From contig JAABTH010000004.1 of the NCBI GenBank assembly GCA_011389985.1, positions 65,846 to 129,845 of the forward strand: DNA of 64,000 bases, written 5' to 3'. A program made the translations under genes and the position numbers. The stretch comes from Bacillota bacterium (GTDB lineage Bacteria; Bacillota; Dethiobacteria; DTU022). The notes under the pieces were generated by a model. It saw nothing but the letters and a program-made list of their open reading frames with translations. It was not told the DNA's origin and made no database searches. Of the stretch, positions 21,707 to 30,711 are shown piece by piece (position 1 is the stretch's first letter; each line of letters opens with the position of its first letter).

Positions 21707-21798
21707 AGATGAGTATCGAATAATTCATATAATTCTGGCAGGACTTTTGCGGATAAAGCCGAATAAAGTATCTATATCCGCAAAGGAGGCATCTAATA

Positions 21799-22059
21799 AT
21801 GGATATATTAAAGGTCTCAGCAAAGTCGAATCCAAATTCTGTAGCAGGCGCCCTGGCTGGGGTGCTCAGGGAAAAGGGTAAAGCAGAAATCCAGACAATC
21901 GGAGCGGGAGCCTTAAATCAGGCAGTGAAGGCGGTTGCGATTGCGAGGGGTTTTGTTGCACCGGGAGGTATGGATTTAATATGTATACCTGCATTTACTG
22001 ACATTGAAATTGACGGTGAGGAAAGAACAGCAATTAAATTGATTATTGAACCTCGCTAA
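21799..22059 (+). CDS. spoVS: stage V sporulation protein S
   Basis: 86 aa; highly conserved SpoVS sequence. Confidence 0.9.
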   Translation: MDILKVSAKSNPNSVAGALAGVLREKGKAEIQTIGAGALNQAVKAVAIARGFVAPGGMDLICIPAFTDIEIDGEERTAIKLIIEPR

Positions 22060-22098
22060 ATAAATCAGACAGACGCCATTCGGATGCTAATAAAAGCG

Positions 22099-22133
22099 CC
22101 CTCTTGAGTAAGTCTGAAGAGGGTCTTTTTTTT
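22099..22133 (+). terminator. spoVS intrinsic terminator
   Basis: CCCTCTTGA...TGAAGAGGG hairpin followed by T8. Confidence 0.6.
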
Positions 22134-22175
22134 ATTTTAACTTTTTTATTCTAATAGAAAGATGATATTTTAAAC

Positions 22176-23000
22176 ATGGATATGAATAAAGTCGATCTGC
22201 ACATGCACAGCAGTGCCTCAGATGGAGTATACAGCCCTGGTGAGCTGGTTGCTAAAGTTGCGGGGGCTGGTCTGTCGGCATTTGCTTTAACCGATCACGA
22301 TACAATAAACGGCTTGACTGAAGCATCAGTTGCAGCAGGAAAGCATAATATTGAGCTAGTTCCTGCTGTTGAAGTAAGTACTATGATTGACAGCCGGGAA
22401 GTGCATATCCTGGGCTACTATCCCTGCAGAGAAGCAGCATTATTAAATGCATTGGAGAATATGAGGCTGGATAGAGAAGTTAGAATGGAAAAAATGATCA
22501 GTAGACTAAGAAAATCAGGATTTAAAATTAATATGGATAACATCCGGGATGAAACAGGAAAAGCAGCTCCAGGCAGGTTGCATCTGGCTAGATTGCTGCT
22601 TAAAAAAAAATACGTACATTCAATCGATGAAGCATTTGCGATATACCTTGGCAGGGGTAAAGCGGCATATGTTCCACGACAGTATCTAGCAGTTGACGAA
22701 GTAATGAAGATTCTTCAGGATGCCGGTGCGGTACCGGTTCTCGCACATCCCGGCATTAATGGAAAAAGTGATTTAAAGCTGCTCATTGAATTAGGTTTAA
22801 AAGGCGTTGAAGTTTTTCATCCTGACCACAGTCCGACCCTGGTTAGTTTTTACAGGCAGGCCGCTGAAAGAGCTGGATTGGTTGTAACCGGTGGATCAGA
22901 TTTCCATGGAGATAAAAATACTGCATTTCACTACCCCGTTAAATATGCCATTAGTAAAACATATTTAATCATGTTAAAAATAATTGCCGGGATCGTTTAA
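22176..23000 (+). CDS. PHP-domain metal-dependent phosphoesterase (TrpH/YciV-like)
   Basis: 274 aa; N-terminal HMHSSASDG...TDHD PHP motifs. Confidence 0.75.
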   Translation: MDMNKVDLHMHSSASDGVYSPGELVAKVAGAGLSAFALTDHDTINGLTEASVAAGKHNIELVPAVEVSTMIDSREVHILGYYPCREAALLNALENMRLDREVRMEKMISRLRKSGFKINMDNIRDETGKAAPGRLHLARLLLKKKYVHSIDEAFAIYLGRGKAAYVPRQYLAVDEVMKILQDAGAVPVLAHPGINGKSDLKLLIELGLKGVEVFHPDHSPTLVSFYRQAAERAGLVVTGGSDFHGDKNTAFHYPVKYAISKTYLIMLKIIAGIV

Positions 23001-23020
23001 AGTTACTTTCTGCTCTTTTC

Positions 23021-23482
23021 ATGGAACCTATAAAATGCTACAATCATCTATATGTGAGTCTTGGAGGAGTGAACAACTGTATGGATAAATTGGAATTTGC
23101 TTTACAGGTTATGGTAATCGGTTTTTCGGTAGTTATGTTTACACTTCTTTTGTTGTATGGTTTACTTCATTTATTCAGCATAATTTTTACCAGGAATAAA
23201 AGAGAAAAGTTTAAAGTTGAGGTGTCAAATACCGGAGCTGTTCCTGTAATAAAAAATGCTGATGATAAACGTCTTACAGCCGCAATAATTGCTGCTGTTT
23301 ATCGATATATGCAGGCTGACAGTATGCTTGCATCTGCCGGAGCCGGAAGAATAAACTTTATTGTTAAACCAGTTGATAACAAAAACGACGACAACTGGCA
23401 AATGACTGGTCGAAGGAGATTGCTGCAGGGAAGAATGGATTTAGAAACTATTAGGAGGAAGAAGTATCATGAAAACATTTAA
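23021..23482 (+). CDS. Na+-pumping decarboxylase delta/anchor subunit (OadG/GcdD/MmdD-like); likely start at Met 23081
   Basis: single N-terminal TM helix (LEFALQVMVIGFSVVMFTLLLLYGL); overlaps the next ORF by 14 nt. Confidence 0.55.
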   Translation: MEPIKCYNHLYVSLGGVNNCMDKLEFALQVMVIGFSVVMFTLLLLYGLLHLFSIIFTRNKREKFKVEVSNTGAVPVIKNADDKRLTAAIIAAVYRYMQADSMLASAGAGRINFIVKPVDNKNDDNWQMTGRRRLLQGRMDLETIRRKKYHENI

Positions 23483-23882
23483 AGTAACTGTTGATGGCCA
23501 AACGTACTCAGTCCAGGTAGAAGAAACAAATAACGAAAAGGATAATTCTCCTGTGGCTGCAAGTGCTCCAGCGATTCCTGTTGTTAAAGCTGCGCCAAAT
23601 GAAGTGCCGGTTGAAAAACCTGCTGCCACACCACCGCAGGAAAAATCAAAGCCGGCAGCAGAAAGTGGTGGCGTAAGTATAAATGCTCCGATGCCAGGCT
23701 CAGTTTTAGAAGTTAAAGTAGCTGTTGGAGACAGTGTAAATGAAGGGGACGTGCTGGTCGTTTTGGAAGCGATGAAAATGGAAAATGAACTTACCGCATC
23801 CCAGTCAGGCACAGTCGGTCAGGTTCTTGTTAAAAAAGGCGATACCGTCAATAGCGGTGACCCCCTAGTTGTCCTGAATTAA
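23469..23882 (+). CDS. biotin carboxyl carrier subunit of a Na+-translocating decarboxylase
   Basis: 137 aa; Ala/Pro-rich linker; biotinyl-lysine motif EAMKMENE. Confidence 0.8.
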   Translation: MKTFKVTVDGQTYSVQVEETNNEKDNSPVAASAPAIPVVKAAPNEVPVEKPAATPPQEKSKPAAESGGVSINAPMPGSVLEVKVAVGDSVNEGDVLVVLEAMKMENELTASQSGTVGQVLVKKGDTVNSGDPLVVLN

Positions 23883-23925
23883 CGAAAAGAGTTACTATGC
23901 AGAATATGAAAGGGGTTGATCCGCA

Positions 23926-25056
23926 ATGTTAGACCTGCTTTTTGAGTTTTTGGAAAGCACTGGTTTTGCAAAAATACAGTTAAATGAAGTTATAATGATC
24001 GTGATTGCATTGATCTTGCTTTATCTTGGGATTGCGAAAAAATATGAGCCGCTGCTATTGGTACCGATTAGTTTTGGAATTCTTCTGGTTAACCTGCCTC
24101 TTGGCTCACTTCTACAGCCCGAGGTTGGTCAGGAGATCGGCGGTCTTTTCTATTATTTATCAAAGGGCCTCGAGTTAGGGATATACCCTCCTTTAATATT
24201 TCTTGGTGTTGGAGCAATGACCGACTTTGGTCCTTTGATTGCCAATCCCGTGACACTGCTTTTGGGTGCAGCTGCTCAGTTTGGTATATTTTTAACCTTT
24301 CTTGGCGCATTTTTTCTTGGTTTTACTGCTCAGCAGTCTGGAGCAATCGGAATTATCGGTGGGGCAGACGGACCAACAGCTATATTTTTAGCAAACAAAC
24401 TGGCCCCTGAACTTTTAGGTTCAATTGCCATAGCTGCATATTCCTACATGGCGTTGGTTCCAATAATTCAACCTCCGATTATGCGTTTGTTAACCAGTAA
24501 AAAAGAACGGGTTGTTGTAATGGAGCAGCTCAGACCGGTATCGCAAACCGAGAAAATTATTTTTCCGATTGCGGTTATTATAATTACAGGCTTATTGCTT
24601 CCTGCAGCTTTGCCTCTTCTGGGTATGCTCATGTTCGGTAACCTTATCAGGGAAAGTGGCGTTACCGAACGCCTCAGCAAAGGGGCTCAAAATGAACTTA
24701 ATAATATAGTTGTAATATTTCTTGGTTTAACTGTTGGCGCAAAAGCAACAGCGGAATATTTTCTAACACCCGATACGATAAAAATTATTGTACTAGGGCT
24801 TACTGCTTTTGCATTTGGTACAGCTGCAGGTGTTTTGATGGGCAAGTTACTTTATGTAATTTCTAAAGGAAAAATCAACCCTCTGATTGGTTCAGCCGGT
24901 GTATCGGCTGTGCCGATGGCAGCAAGGGTTTCACAGACAGTTGGTAAGCAAGAAAATCCGAATAATTACCTGCTCATGCATGCTATGGGCCCAAATGTGG
25001 CTGGTGTAATTGGCTCTGCTGTTGCAGCGGGTATTTTACTTTCAATATTAAATTGA
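23926..25056 (+). CDS. Na+-translocating decarboxylase beta subunit (OadB/GcdB/MmdB family)
   Basis: 376 aa polytopic membrane protein typical of the beta subunit family. Confidence 0.8.
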   Translation: MLDLLFEFLESTGFAKIQLNEVIMIVIALILLYLGIAKKYEPLLLVPISFGILLVNLPLGSLLQPEVGQEIGGLFYYLSKGLELGIYPPLIFLGVGAMTDFGPLIANPVTLLLGAAAQFGIFLTFLGAFFLGFTAQQSGAIGIIGGADGPTAIFLANKLAPELLGSIAIAAYSYMALVPIIQPPIMRLLTSKKERVVVMEQLRPVSQTEKIIFPIAVIIITGLLLPAALPLLGMLMFGNLIRESGVTERLSKGAQNELNNIVVIFLGLTVGAKATAEYFLTPDTIKIIVLGLTAFAFGTAAGVLMGKLLYVISKGKINPLIGSAGVSAVPMAARVSQTVGKQENPNNYLLMHAMGPNVAGVIGSAVAAGILLSILN

Positions 25057-25085
25057 TAATTATAAATTTATAACGGGGTGTTTGA

Positions 25086-26546
25086 GTGTCTGATGTAAGA
25101 GTAAGATTTGCGCCAAGTCCGACGGGTGAGCTTCATATCGGCGGTGCCCGTACGGCTCTTTTTAACTACCTTTTTGTTCGCCGGATAGGTGGAACTTTTG
25201 TTCTGCGCATAGATGATACCGATCTGGAGAGGTCAAAAGAAGATTACATCGATAAATTAATGGCTTCAATGATCTGGTTAGGTTTGGATTGGGATGAAGG
25301 TCCTTACTACCAGTCAAAAAGATTGGATCAGTATAGTGGTGAAGCAGAAAAATTGTTAACTGAAGGTAAAGCTTACCGCTGCTACTGCAGCATTGATGAG
25401 CTTGCATCAGGCCGGGAAACTGCAAAAAAGGAAAACAGGTCTTATCTGTATCCTGGTACCTGCAGGAACCTTACAGCTGAAGAAGAAAAGAAATTTCTCA
25501 ATGAAGGTCGAAAACCGGTTATAAGATTAAGGATTCCCGAGACAGGTACAACATTAGTAAAAGATGAGATCAGGGGTATAGTAAGTTTTGAGAATTCAGA
25601 TCTCGATGACTTCATCATAATTAAATCAAATGGTCTTCCTACATACAACTTTGCCAGTGTTGTAGACGATCTGCAGCTGAATATAACTCATATAATTCGG
25701 GCGGAGGAGCATCTTTCAAATACCCCTCGTCAGCAACTTTGTGCTGTTGCTTTAGGTTATGAAATGCCGATATTCGCTCATGTCCCGATGATTCTTGCCC
25801 CTGACCGCAGTAAGTTGAGCAAAAGACATGGGGCAACCTCCGTTGAAGAATTTCGAGACCAGGGGTTTTTGCCCGAAGCGCTGATCAATTATATAACTCT
25901 GCTGGGATGGTCTCCTGGTGGTGACAAAGAAATTTTTAGTTTAGATGAATCAATACAAACATTTTCACTGCAAAAGGTAAACAAAACGGCTGCTATCTAT
26001 GATACTGCCAAGCTTACCTGGATGAACAGTCACTATATCAGGGAGTACGATCTGGATCAGCTCGCAGGTGCAGCCCTGCCATTTTTTCAGAAGAAGGGAT
26101 TAATAGAGGATAAACCTGGTAAAGAAGAGCTAGATTATTATAAAAAGGTACTAGAAACTGTTCGCGAGAGAGCGAAAACGCTTGTTGAGTTGGCTGATGC
26201 TTCCACCTATTTTTATGATGATCAGTTTACTTATGATCAGAAGGGGGTAAAAAAAGCCTTCACGAAAGCAGATGTGTCCGATCTTTTGCGCCATGCAGCA
26301 CAAGAACTAGAGGCATTGGATAGTTTTAGCGGCACAGATGCAGAGAAAACATTTGAGAGCTTATGTGAGAAGCTTGAATTATCAGCAGGCCGGCTAATTC
26401 AGCCGACCCGACTGGCCATAACAGGTCGTATGGGAGGACCGGGGTTGTTTGATATCATGAACTTGCTTGGTCGTGAAAAAACTGTAGAAAGGCTTAAGAG
26501 CGCTGCCGAATATATAGATAAAGAACTAAATCAACAGAATTCCTGA
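25086..26546 (+). CDS. gltX: glutamate--tRNA ligase
   Basis: 486 aa; GTG start; class I HIGH (PSPTGELHIGGART) and KLSKR (KMSK-type) motifs. Confidence 0.95.
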   Translation: MSDVRVRFAPSPTGELHIGGARTALFNYLFVRRIGGTFVLRIDDTDLERSKEDYIDKLMASMIWLGLDWDEGPYYQSKRLDQYSGEAEKLLTEGKAYRCYCSIDELASGRETAKKENRSYLYPGTCRNLTAEEEKKFLNEGRKPVIRLRIPETGTTLVKDEIRGIVSFENSDLDDFIIIKSNGLPTYNFASVVDDLQLNITHIIRAEEHLSNTPRQQLCAVALGYEMPIFAHVPMILAPDRSKLSKRHGATSVEEFRDQGFLPEALINYITLLGWSPGGDKEIFSLDESIQTFSLQKVNKTAAIYDTAKLTWMNSHYIREYDLDQLAGAALPFFQKKGLIEDKPGKEELDYYKKVLETVRERAKTLVELADASTYFYDDQFTYDQKGVKKAFTKADVSDLLRHAAQELEALDSFSGTDAEKTFESLCEKLELSAGRLIQPTRLAITGRMGGPGLFDIMNLLGREKTVERLKSAAEYIDKELNQQNS

Positions 26547-26571
26547 AAATTACAGAATTTCCGGCTCAGGC

Positions 26572-26600
26572 TTGCTTAGCGGAAACTCTTTTTGTATAAT
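26572..26600 (+). promoter_or_regulatory. candidate promoter for tRNA-Gln (TTGCTT-N17-TATAAT)
   Basis: perfect -10 hexamer 11 nt upstream of the tRNA 5' end; overlaps the gltX terminator hairpin. Confidence 0.4.
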
Positions 26601-26611
26601 ATATGAGGTAA

Positions 26612-26685
26612 TGCGGGATGGTGTAGCGGTAGCACGGATGACTCTGGCTCATCAAGCCTAGGTTCGATCCCTAGTCCCGCAGCCA
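26612..26685 (+). tRNA. tRNA-Gln (anticodon CUG), U1-A72, G73, CCA encoded
   Basis: cloverleaf folds by hand: acceptor TGCGGGA/TCCCGCA, U8, anticodon stem GATGA/TCATC with loop CTCTGGC, T-arm CTAGG-TTCGATC-CCTAG. Confidence 0.85.
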
Positions 26686-26742
26686 AGAGATTATAAGCCC
26701 TCTGTTTTTTAGCCAGAGGGCTTATAAGCCTAAAGGGGTGAG

Positions 26743-26865
26743 ATGAACATGCAGCAATTGGTCACCGGTATTATTCTAATTGGCGTATTCTTTTTACTGG
26801 TCGTATTCGTAAAGAGCGGGTATAACAAAAAGGGTAAAGATGGTGATAAAGATAATAACAAGTAA
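26743..26865 (+). CDS. small hydrophobic peptide (38-40 aa), single TM helix plus basic tail
   Basis: SD AAAGGGG; MNMQQLVTGIILIGVFFLLVVFVKSGYNKKGKDGDKDNNK; below the ORF-track size cutoff. Confidence 0.35.
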   Translation: MNMQQLVTGIILIGVFFLLVVFVKSGYNKKGKDGDKDNNK

Positions 26866-26870
26866 AGTTA

Positions 26871-28091
26871 TTAATAATATATTTTTTTACTTCTTTGTTT
26901 AAAAACACTTTTTTTGTAAGGTTTACGCTTTTTGGGAGCGGAAGTTTTTTTCTCTATTAACTCTTCATAAATCGAGAGCATCTTTACAGCACATTTTGTT
27001 GATGATATTTCATCCGCATTTTTTAAGGCTTCTTTGCGCATATTCTTATGCATGTTTTTATCTACAAGCAGCTCATTAATTGCATTTGTAAAAGCAGTGA
27101 TAGATGGATCAGTTAGAAGGCCATCTTTCCCATGTTTAACCATCTCTGCCGGACCAAAAGCTCTTATTGCCACTACAGGTAAGCCGGTAGCCTTGGCTTC
27201 GCCAATAACAAGCCCCTGTGTTTCTGTAACTGAAGGAAAAACAAAAAGATCTGAGCTGGCGTAACAGTGAACTATTAAATTGCGGGGCAGAACACCGGTA
27301 AAAATAACTTTATCCCGGATGCCAGTTTCTCTACATAGTTTTTCAAGATGTTTTTCCTGGGGACCGGTTCCAACCAATACGAGTTTAGTATGGGGGTGAA
27401 GTTTTAATATATGCTCAAATGATTTGATTAAAAAGATTACATTCTTTTCTTTACCCAACCTGCCTACAAATAGCAAAACCTTTTCATGATCACTAACCCC
27501 GTAATTATCTTTTAACCAGTTTGGATCCAGATCCTTAAACTCTTCAAGATCAACACCTGTCGGCAGATTAGATATCGGGGCTTCAACCCCGATCCTGCGC
27601 AGGTAATTGACTACCATTTGCGAAGGGGCGATGACCATATTGCAGCGGTTGCAAAAATTACGGCTGATGATCTGAACAACCTGTTTTGATGCTTCTCTGG
27701 CAAAAGGAAAATAGTGAACATATTGTTCATAGAGAGTGTGAAAGGTAAATATCAGGGGGAGCTTGTGACGTCTTGCTGCCCTTGCTCCTAAGCTGCCGAG
27801 AAGGAAGGGAGAGTGAACATGAATAACATCAAGTCCAATTTTTTTAATAGTGGGGCTAAGTTGAACAGAAATGGGTATGGGAAGCGAGAACTCCGGCATA
27901 GTAGGGGCGGGCAATGATATAAAACGGAAAACCCCTTCTTCCCTGGGTGGGTGAAGTAAGGGGTAATCAGGTCCGAAAATATAAACTTCATGCCCGCGTG
28001 TTGTAAACTCGCGCGAGAAAAGTTCTATAGATCTTACAACACCACTGGTGTAAGGCCTGAAACTGTCAGTAAATACACCAATTTTCATCAT
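26871..28091 (-). CDS. GT4-family glycosyltransferase (glycosyl transferase group 1)
   Basis: 406 aa; GT-B fold with E-x7-E-like motif region (TETQGLVIGEAKATGLPVV); Lys-rich C-terminal tail. Confidence 0.8.
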   Translation of the reverse strand: MMKIGVFTDSFRPYTSGVVRSIELFSREFTTRGHEVYIFGPDYPLLHPPREEGVFRFISLPAPTMPEFSLPIPISVQLSPTIKKIGLDVIHVHSPFLLGSLGARAARRHKLPLIFTFHTLYEQYVHYFPFAREASKQVVQIISRNFCNRCNMVIAPSQMVVNYLRRIGVEAPISNLPTGVDLEEFKDLDPNWLKDNYGVSDHEKVLLFVGRLGKEKNVIFLIKSFEHILKLHPHTKLVLVGTGPQEKHLEKLCRETGIRDKVIFTGVLPRNLIVHCYASSDLFVFPSVTETQGLVIGEAKATGLPVVAIRAFGPAEMVKHGKDGLLTDPSITAFTNAINELLVDKNMHKNMRKEALKNADEISSTKCAVKMLSIYEELIEKKTSAPKKRKPYKKSVFKQRSKKIYY

Positions 28092-28114
28092 TTTGCACTC
28101 CCGTTGTAATAAAA

Positions 28115-29431
28115 TTATTCACTGTAAGCTTTATCAAAAAGCTGATCAGATATCTCCAGGGCTTTTATTCTATCTTCTCTGTGACCGTAAGCTTCCGCCG
28201 CTTCTATATTTCGCTGATGCATATTTTTAAGCTCCTCAACCTTTGATTCGCTTAAATTATAATCTGCAGGCGAACTGTTAAAAACATCAGATAGGGGAAG
28301 GATACGATGACGCCATTCATGGTGAATCCAGGTGATTTCATAATCTGCCCTGCTAATCCATGCTTCTCCGGTATCCATATTTTTGCTCAAGTCAATGTCT
28401 AAGAGCAAATGATACTCAACAAGGGGAGAAATGTTTGCCGGGTAGTGCTGATTTGAAAGGAATGTTCCCTGGGAATATATGGCCAGGGTTGCTCTTTCGG
28501 TACCATCAGGTTCTAGATTAAAGAACCACTCTAGCGGTTGGACATATTTAGGGTGGCCCCCAATTATTAAGTCTGCTCCGGCAACAGCCAGTTCTGCTGC
28601 TACCTCACGGTAATATTGCGGGTATGGTTCCTGTGCATATTCATTTTCACCCCAATGAGGAAATACGGCGATTAGATCTGCTCCGTTATTCTTTGCAGTT
28701 TCTATATCGGCAATGATAGGGCTAAGGTCGCTAAAACCGGGAGCGAAGTTTAAACAGTATTCTTGGCCTTCTGGTACAGGTATACCGTTAGTACTGAAGG
28801 TATAACCGATAAAGGCAATTTTTATACCTTCAGAATCCACAACTAGAGGTTTGTCGCGTTCGTTTTGGCTTTTATAAGCGCCAAAGGTTTTTATGCCAAG
28901 GCTGCGAATATGATCAAGGCTGGCTAACAGTCCTTCATAACCGCGATCAAGGGCATGGTTGTTTCCCATTGTGATTAGGTCGATACCTGCGTCTCTCAGG
29001 GCTACAGTGAGCTCCTGTGGTGAGTTGAAGAGTGGATAGCCTGTATAGCCGCTATACCCCCAAAATGAAATATCAGCGCCCGCCTGTGATGTTTCCAGGT
29101 CGGCAACTGCAAGATCTGCTTTTTGAATGATCGGGGCAATAGTTTTGAAGGTAGGGCTAAAATCGTATATCCCGTCGCCCAGATGAGCCTGTTCTATATT
29201 GGGAACATGAGGAAAAATATTACCTACAGCGATTAAATTAACAGTGCGAAGGTCAGGCTCATATTGTTCAGCCTCAGGCTCCGGTTCTTCCTCCGGTTCA
29301 GAATTAGTTTCTTCGTCAGGGCTGAAATTAAGCAGGTTATCAGGCGAGAATATTTCGCCGGCTCTGGTGCCAAAAAAGAAAGAAAGAATAACAAAAACCA
29401 TTAATATAGCTATAAAGTAAATGCGACGCAT
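28115..29431 (-). CDS. CapA/PGA_cap-family metallophosphatase-like protein (poly-gamma-glutamate capsule synthesis CapA homologue), membrane-anchored
   Basis: 438 aa; N-terminal TM, acidic PE-rich linker, MGNNHALD and HWGENEY motifs. Confidence 0.7.
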   Translation of the reverse strand: MRRIYFIAILMVFVILSFFFGTRAGEIFSPDNLLNFSPDEETNSEPEEEPEPEAEQYEPDLRTVNLIAVGNIFPHVPNIEQAHLGDGIYDFSPTFKTIAPIIQKADLAVADLETSQAGADISFWGYSGYTGYPLFNSPQELTVALRDAGIDLITMGNNHALDRGYEGLLASLDHIRSLGIKTFGAYKSQNERDKPLVVDSEGIKIAFIGYTFSTNGIPVPEGQEYCLNFAPGFSDLSPIIADIETAKNNGADLIAVFPHWGENEYAQEPYPQYYREVAAELAVAGADLIIGGHPKYVQPLEWFFNLEPDGTERATLAIYSQGTFLSNQHYPANISPLVEYHLLLDIDLSKNMDTGEAWISRADYEITWIHHEWRHRILPLSDVFNSSPADYNLSESKVEELKNMHQRNIEAAEAYGHREDRIKALEISDQLFDKAYSE

Positions 29432-29498
29432 AAAAAAACCACCATCCCTGATAATGGATTTATGACTGCCCCAATTATATCATAATCTTTTTATATAG

Positions 29499-30425
29499 CT
29501 ACCATTCTGCGAACCAGACTAAAACAGAAAATAACCAAGGCCATTGAGCGCCTTCTTCACCATCCAGATTAAAGTCGGGAGAAGCCGGACTATAACCGCC
29601 CAGTTCGGGGTGGGGACCGAAGAGAATAAAGGTGCCTTCTCCAAATCTGCCGGCAACTACTGCCGGTTCGGAGTTAACTTCATAATAGGCTATAACTGTA
29701 ATATCTTCATTATCATAAGGTGAAAAAAAAGGTCCATCAAAATAGAAAATTGGTAAATCAGATCTATATTCGGCGTTAGCAGGAATATCTTCAGCAAGGT
29801 TAAATTCGGATATCTCGCCCCAGGCGATTTGGCCGGCCAGGGGGCCGACCGCTTTACCATTGAACAGCTTTAGAGGATATTCGTGGTCTTCACCAAGCCA
29901 GCGAAGAATATCGGCGGCATAGTAGGCTCCGGCGCAGCTTCCGGCAAACATTCCGCCCTGCTCGATAAAATCGCGAATGTTTGTATGATCATTAATATAA
30001 TTCTTATATTCGGCAGCAAAACCACCCGGAAACCAGATCAGGTCGAAATGTGCCGTAAGATCCATTGTTACAGCATCATTTTCGTCAAATAATGCCCACT
30101 TAAATTGATAGAAATCAAAAAATCTCTTAAAAGCCTCTACATTAACATCCCAGCTGCCCTTTCCATTGTAAATACCAATAACTGGGAGGTCTCGTACAGG
30201 TTTAGGTTCAGCTGAGCCATTGTCATCATCTGATGTGTTATTATAGTCCGATTCTTCAGTTTCAGGTTGGTTTTGATCATTTCCGGCAGAATCAGTAATT
30301 TGGTCGGCTGATTCACTTTCGTTTTGAATAACTGGTTCAGAACAGGCTGTCAGCGTCAGGGCAATCAGAAGTATTATTAGACAAGAGAGAAGGCAGGTCT
30401 GTATTGATCTGTTAGTAGTTTTCAT
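29499..30425 (-). CDS. acidic lipoprotein with a BPL_N / class-I glutamine amidotransferase-like domain
   Basis: 308 aa; lipobox LTLTAC after the signal peptide; D/E/S-rich low-complexity region; then FPGGFAAEY...GSCAGAYYA. Confidence 0.5.
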   Translation of the reverse strand: MKTTNRSIQTCLLSCLIILLIALTLTACSEPVIQNESESADQITDSAGNDQNQPETEESDYNNTSDDDNGSAEPKPVRDLPVIGIYNGKGSWDVNVEAFKRFFDFYQFKWALFDENDAVTMDLTAHFDLIWFPGGFAAEYKNYINDHTNIRDFIEQGGMFAGSCAGAYYAADILRWLGEDHEYPLKLFNGKAVGPLAGQIAWGEISEFNLAEDIPANAEYRSDLPIFYFDGPFFSPYDNEDITVIAYYEVNSEPAVVAGRFGEGTFILFGPHPELGGYSPASPDFNLDGEEGAQWPWLFSVLVWFAEW

Positions 30426-30711
30426 TATATATTATTTAGAGATCCTCCGAAATTTTTAGAACAGCTTAGGCAGTAATGTTTTATATAAAATAAGTTTAGA
30501 TCGAAAAGAAATTATTATACAGCTTCTGAGCATGTAACTGATATTATAGCAGAATGGTTTAAAATTTAAAGGATGGAGGGAGGTTTAACTGAAATAAGCC
30601 GAGGAAAAGAATAAAAAATTACTTAGTTAACATAAGATGTATTATCGGAAGTTAAATTTCTGTATAAAATTACTTTCCGACGAATTAATTAACCCCCCTC
30701 TCTTTGATTTT

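Noticed and set aside
26690-26735. Hairpin GCCCTCTG-TTTTTTAGC-CAGAGGGC after tRNA-Gln as an intrinsic terminator
   Set aside because: The T-run is in the loop rather than 3' of the stem on either strand. It may still be a processing or termination structure, but it is not a canonical terminator.
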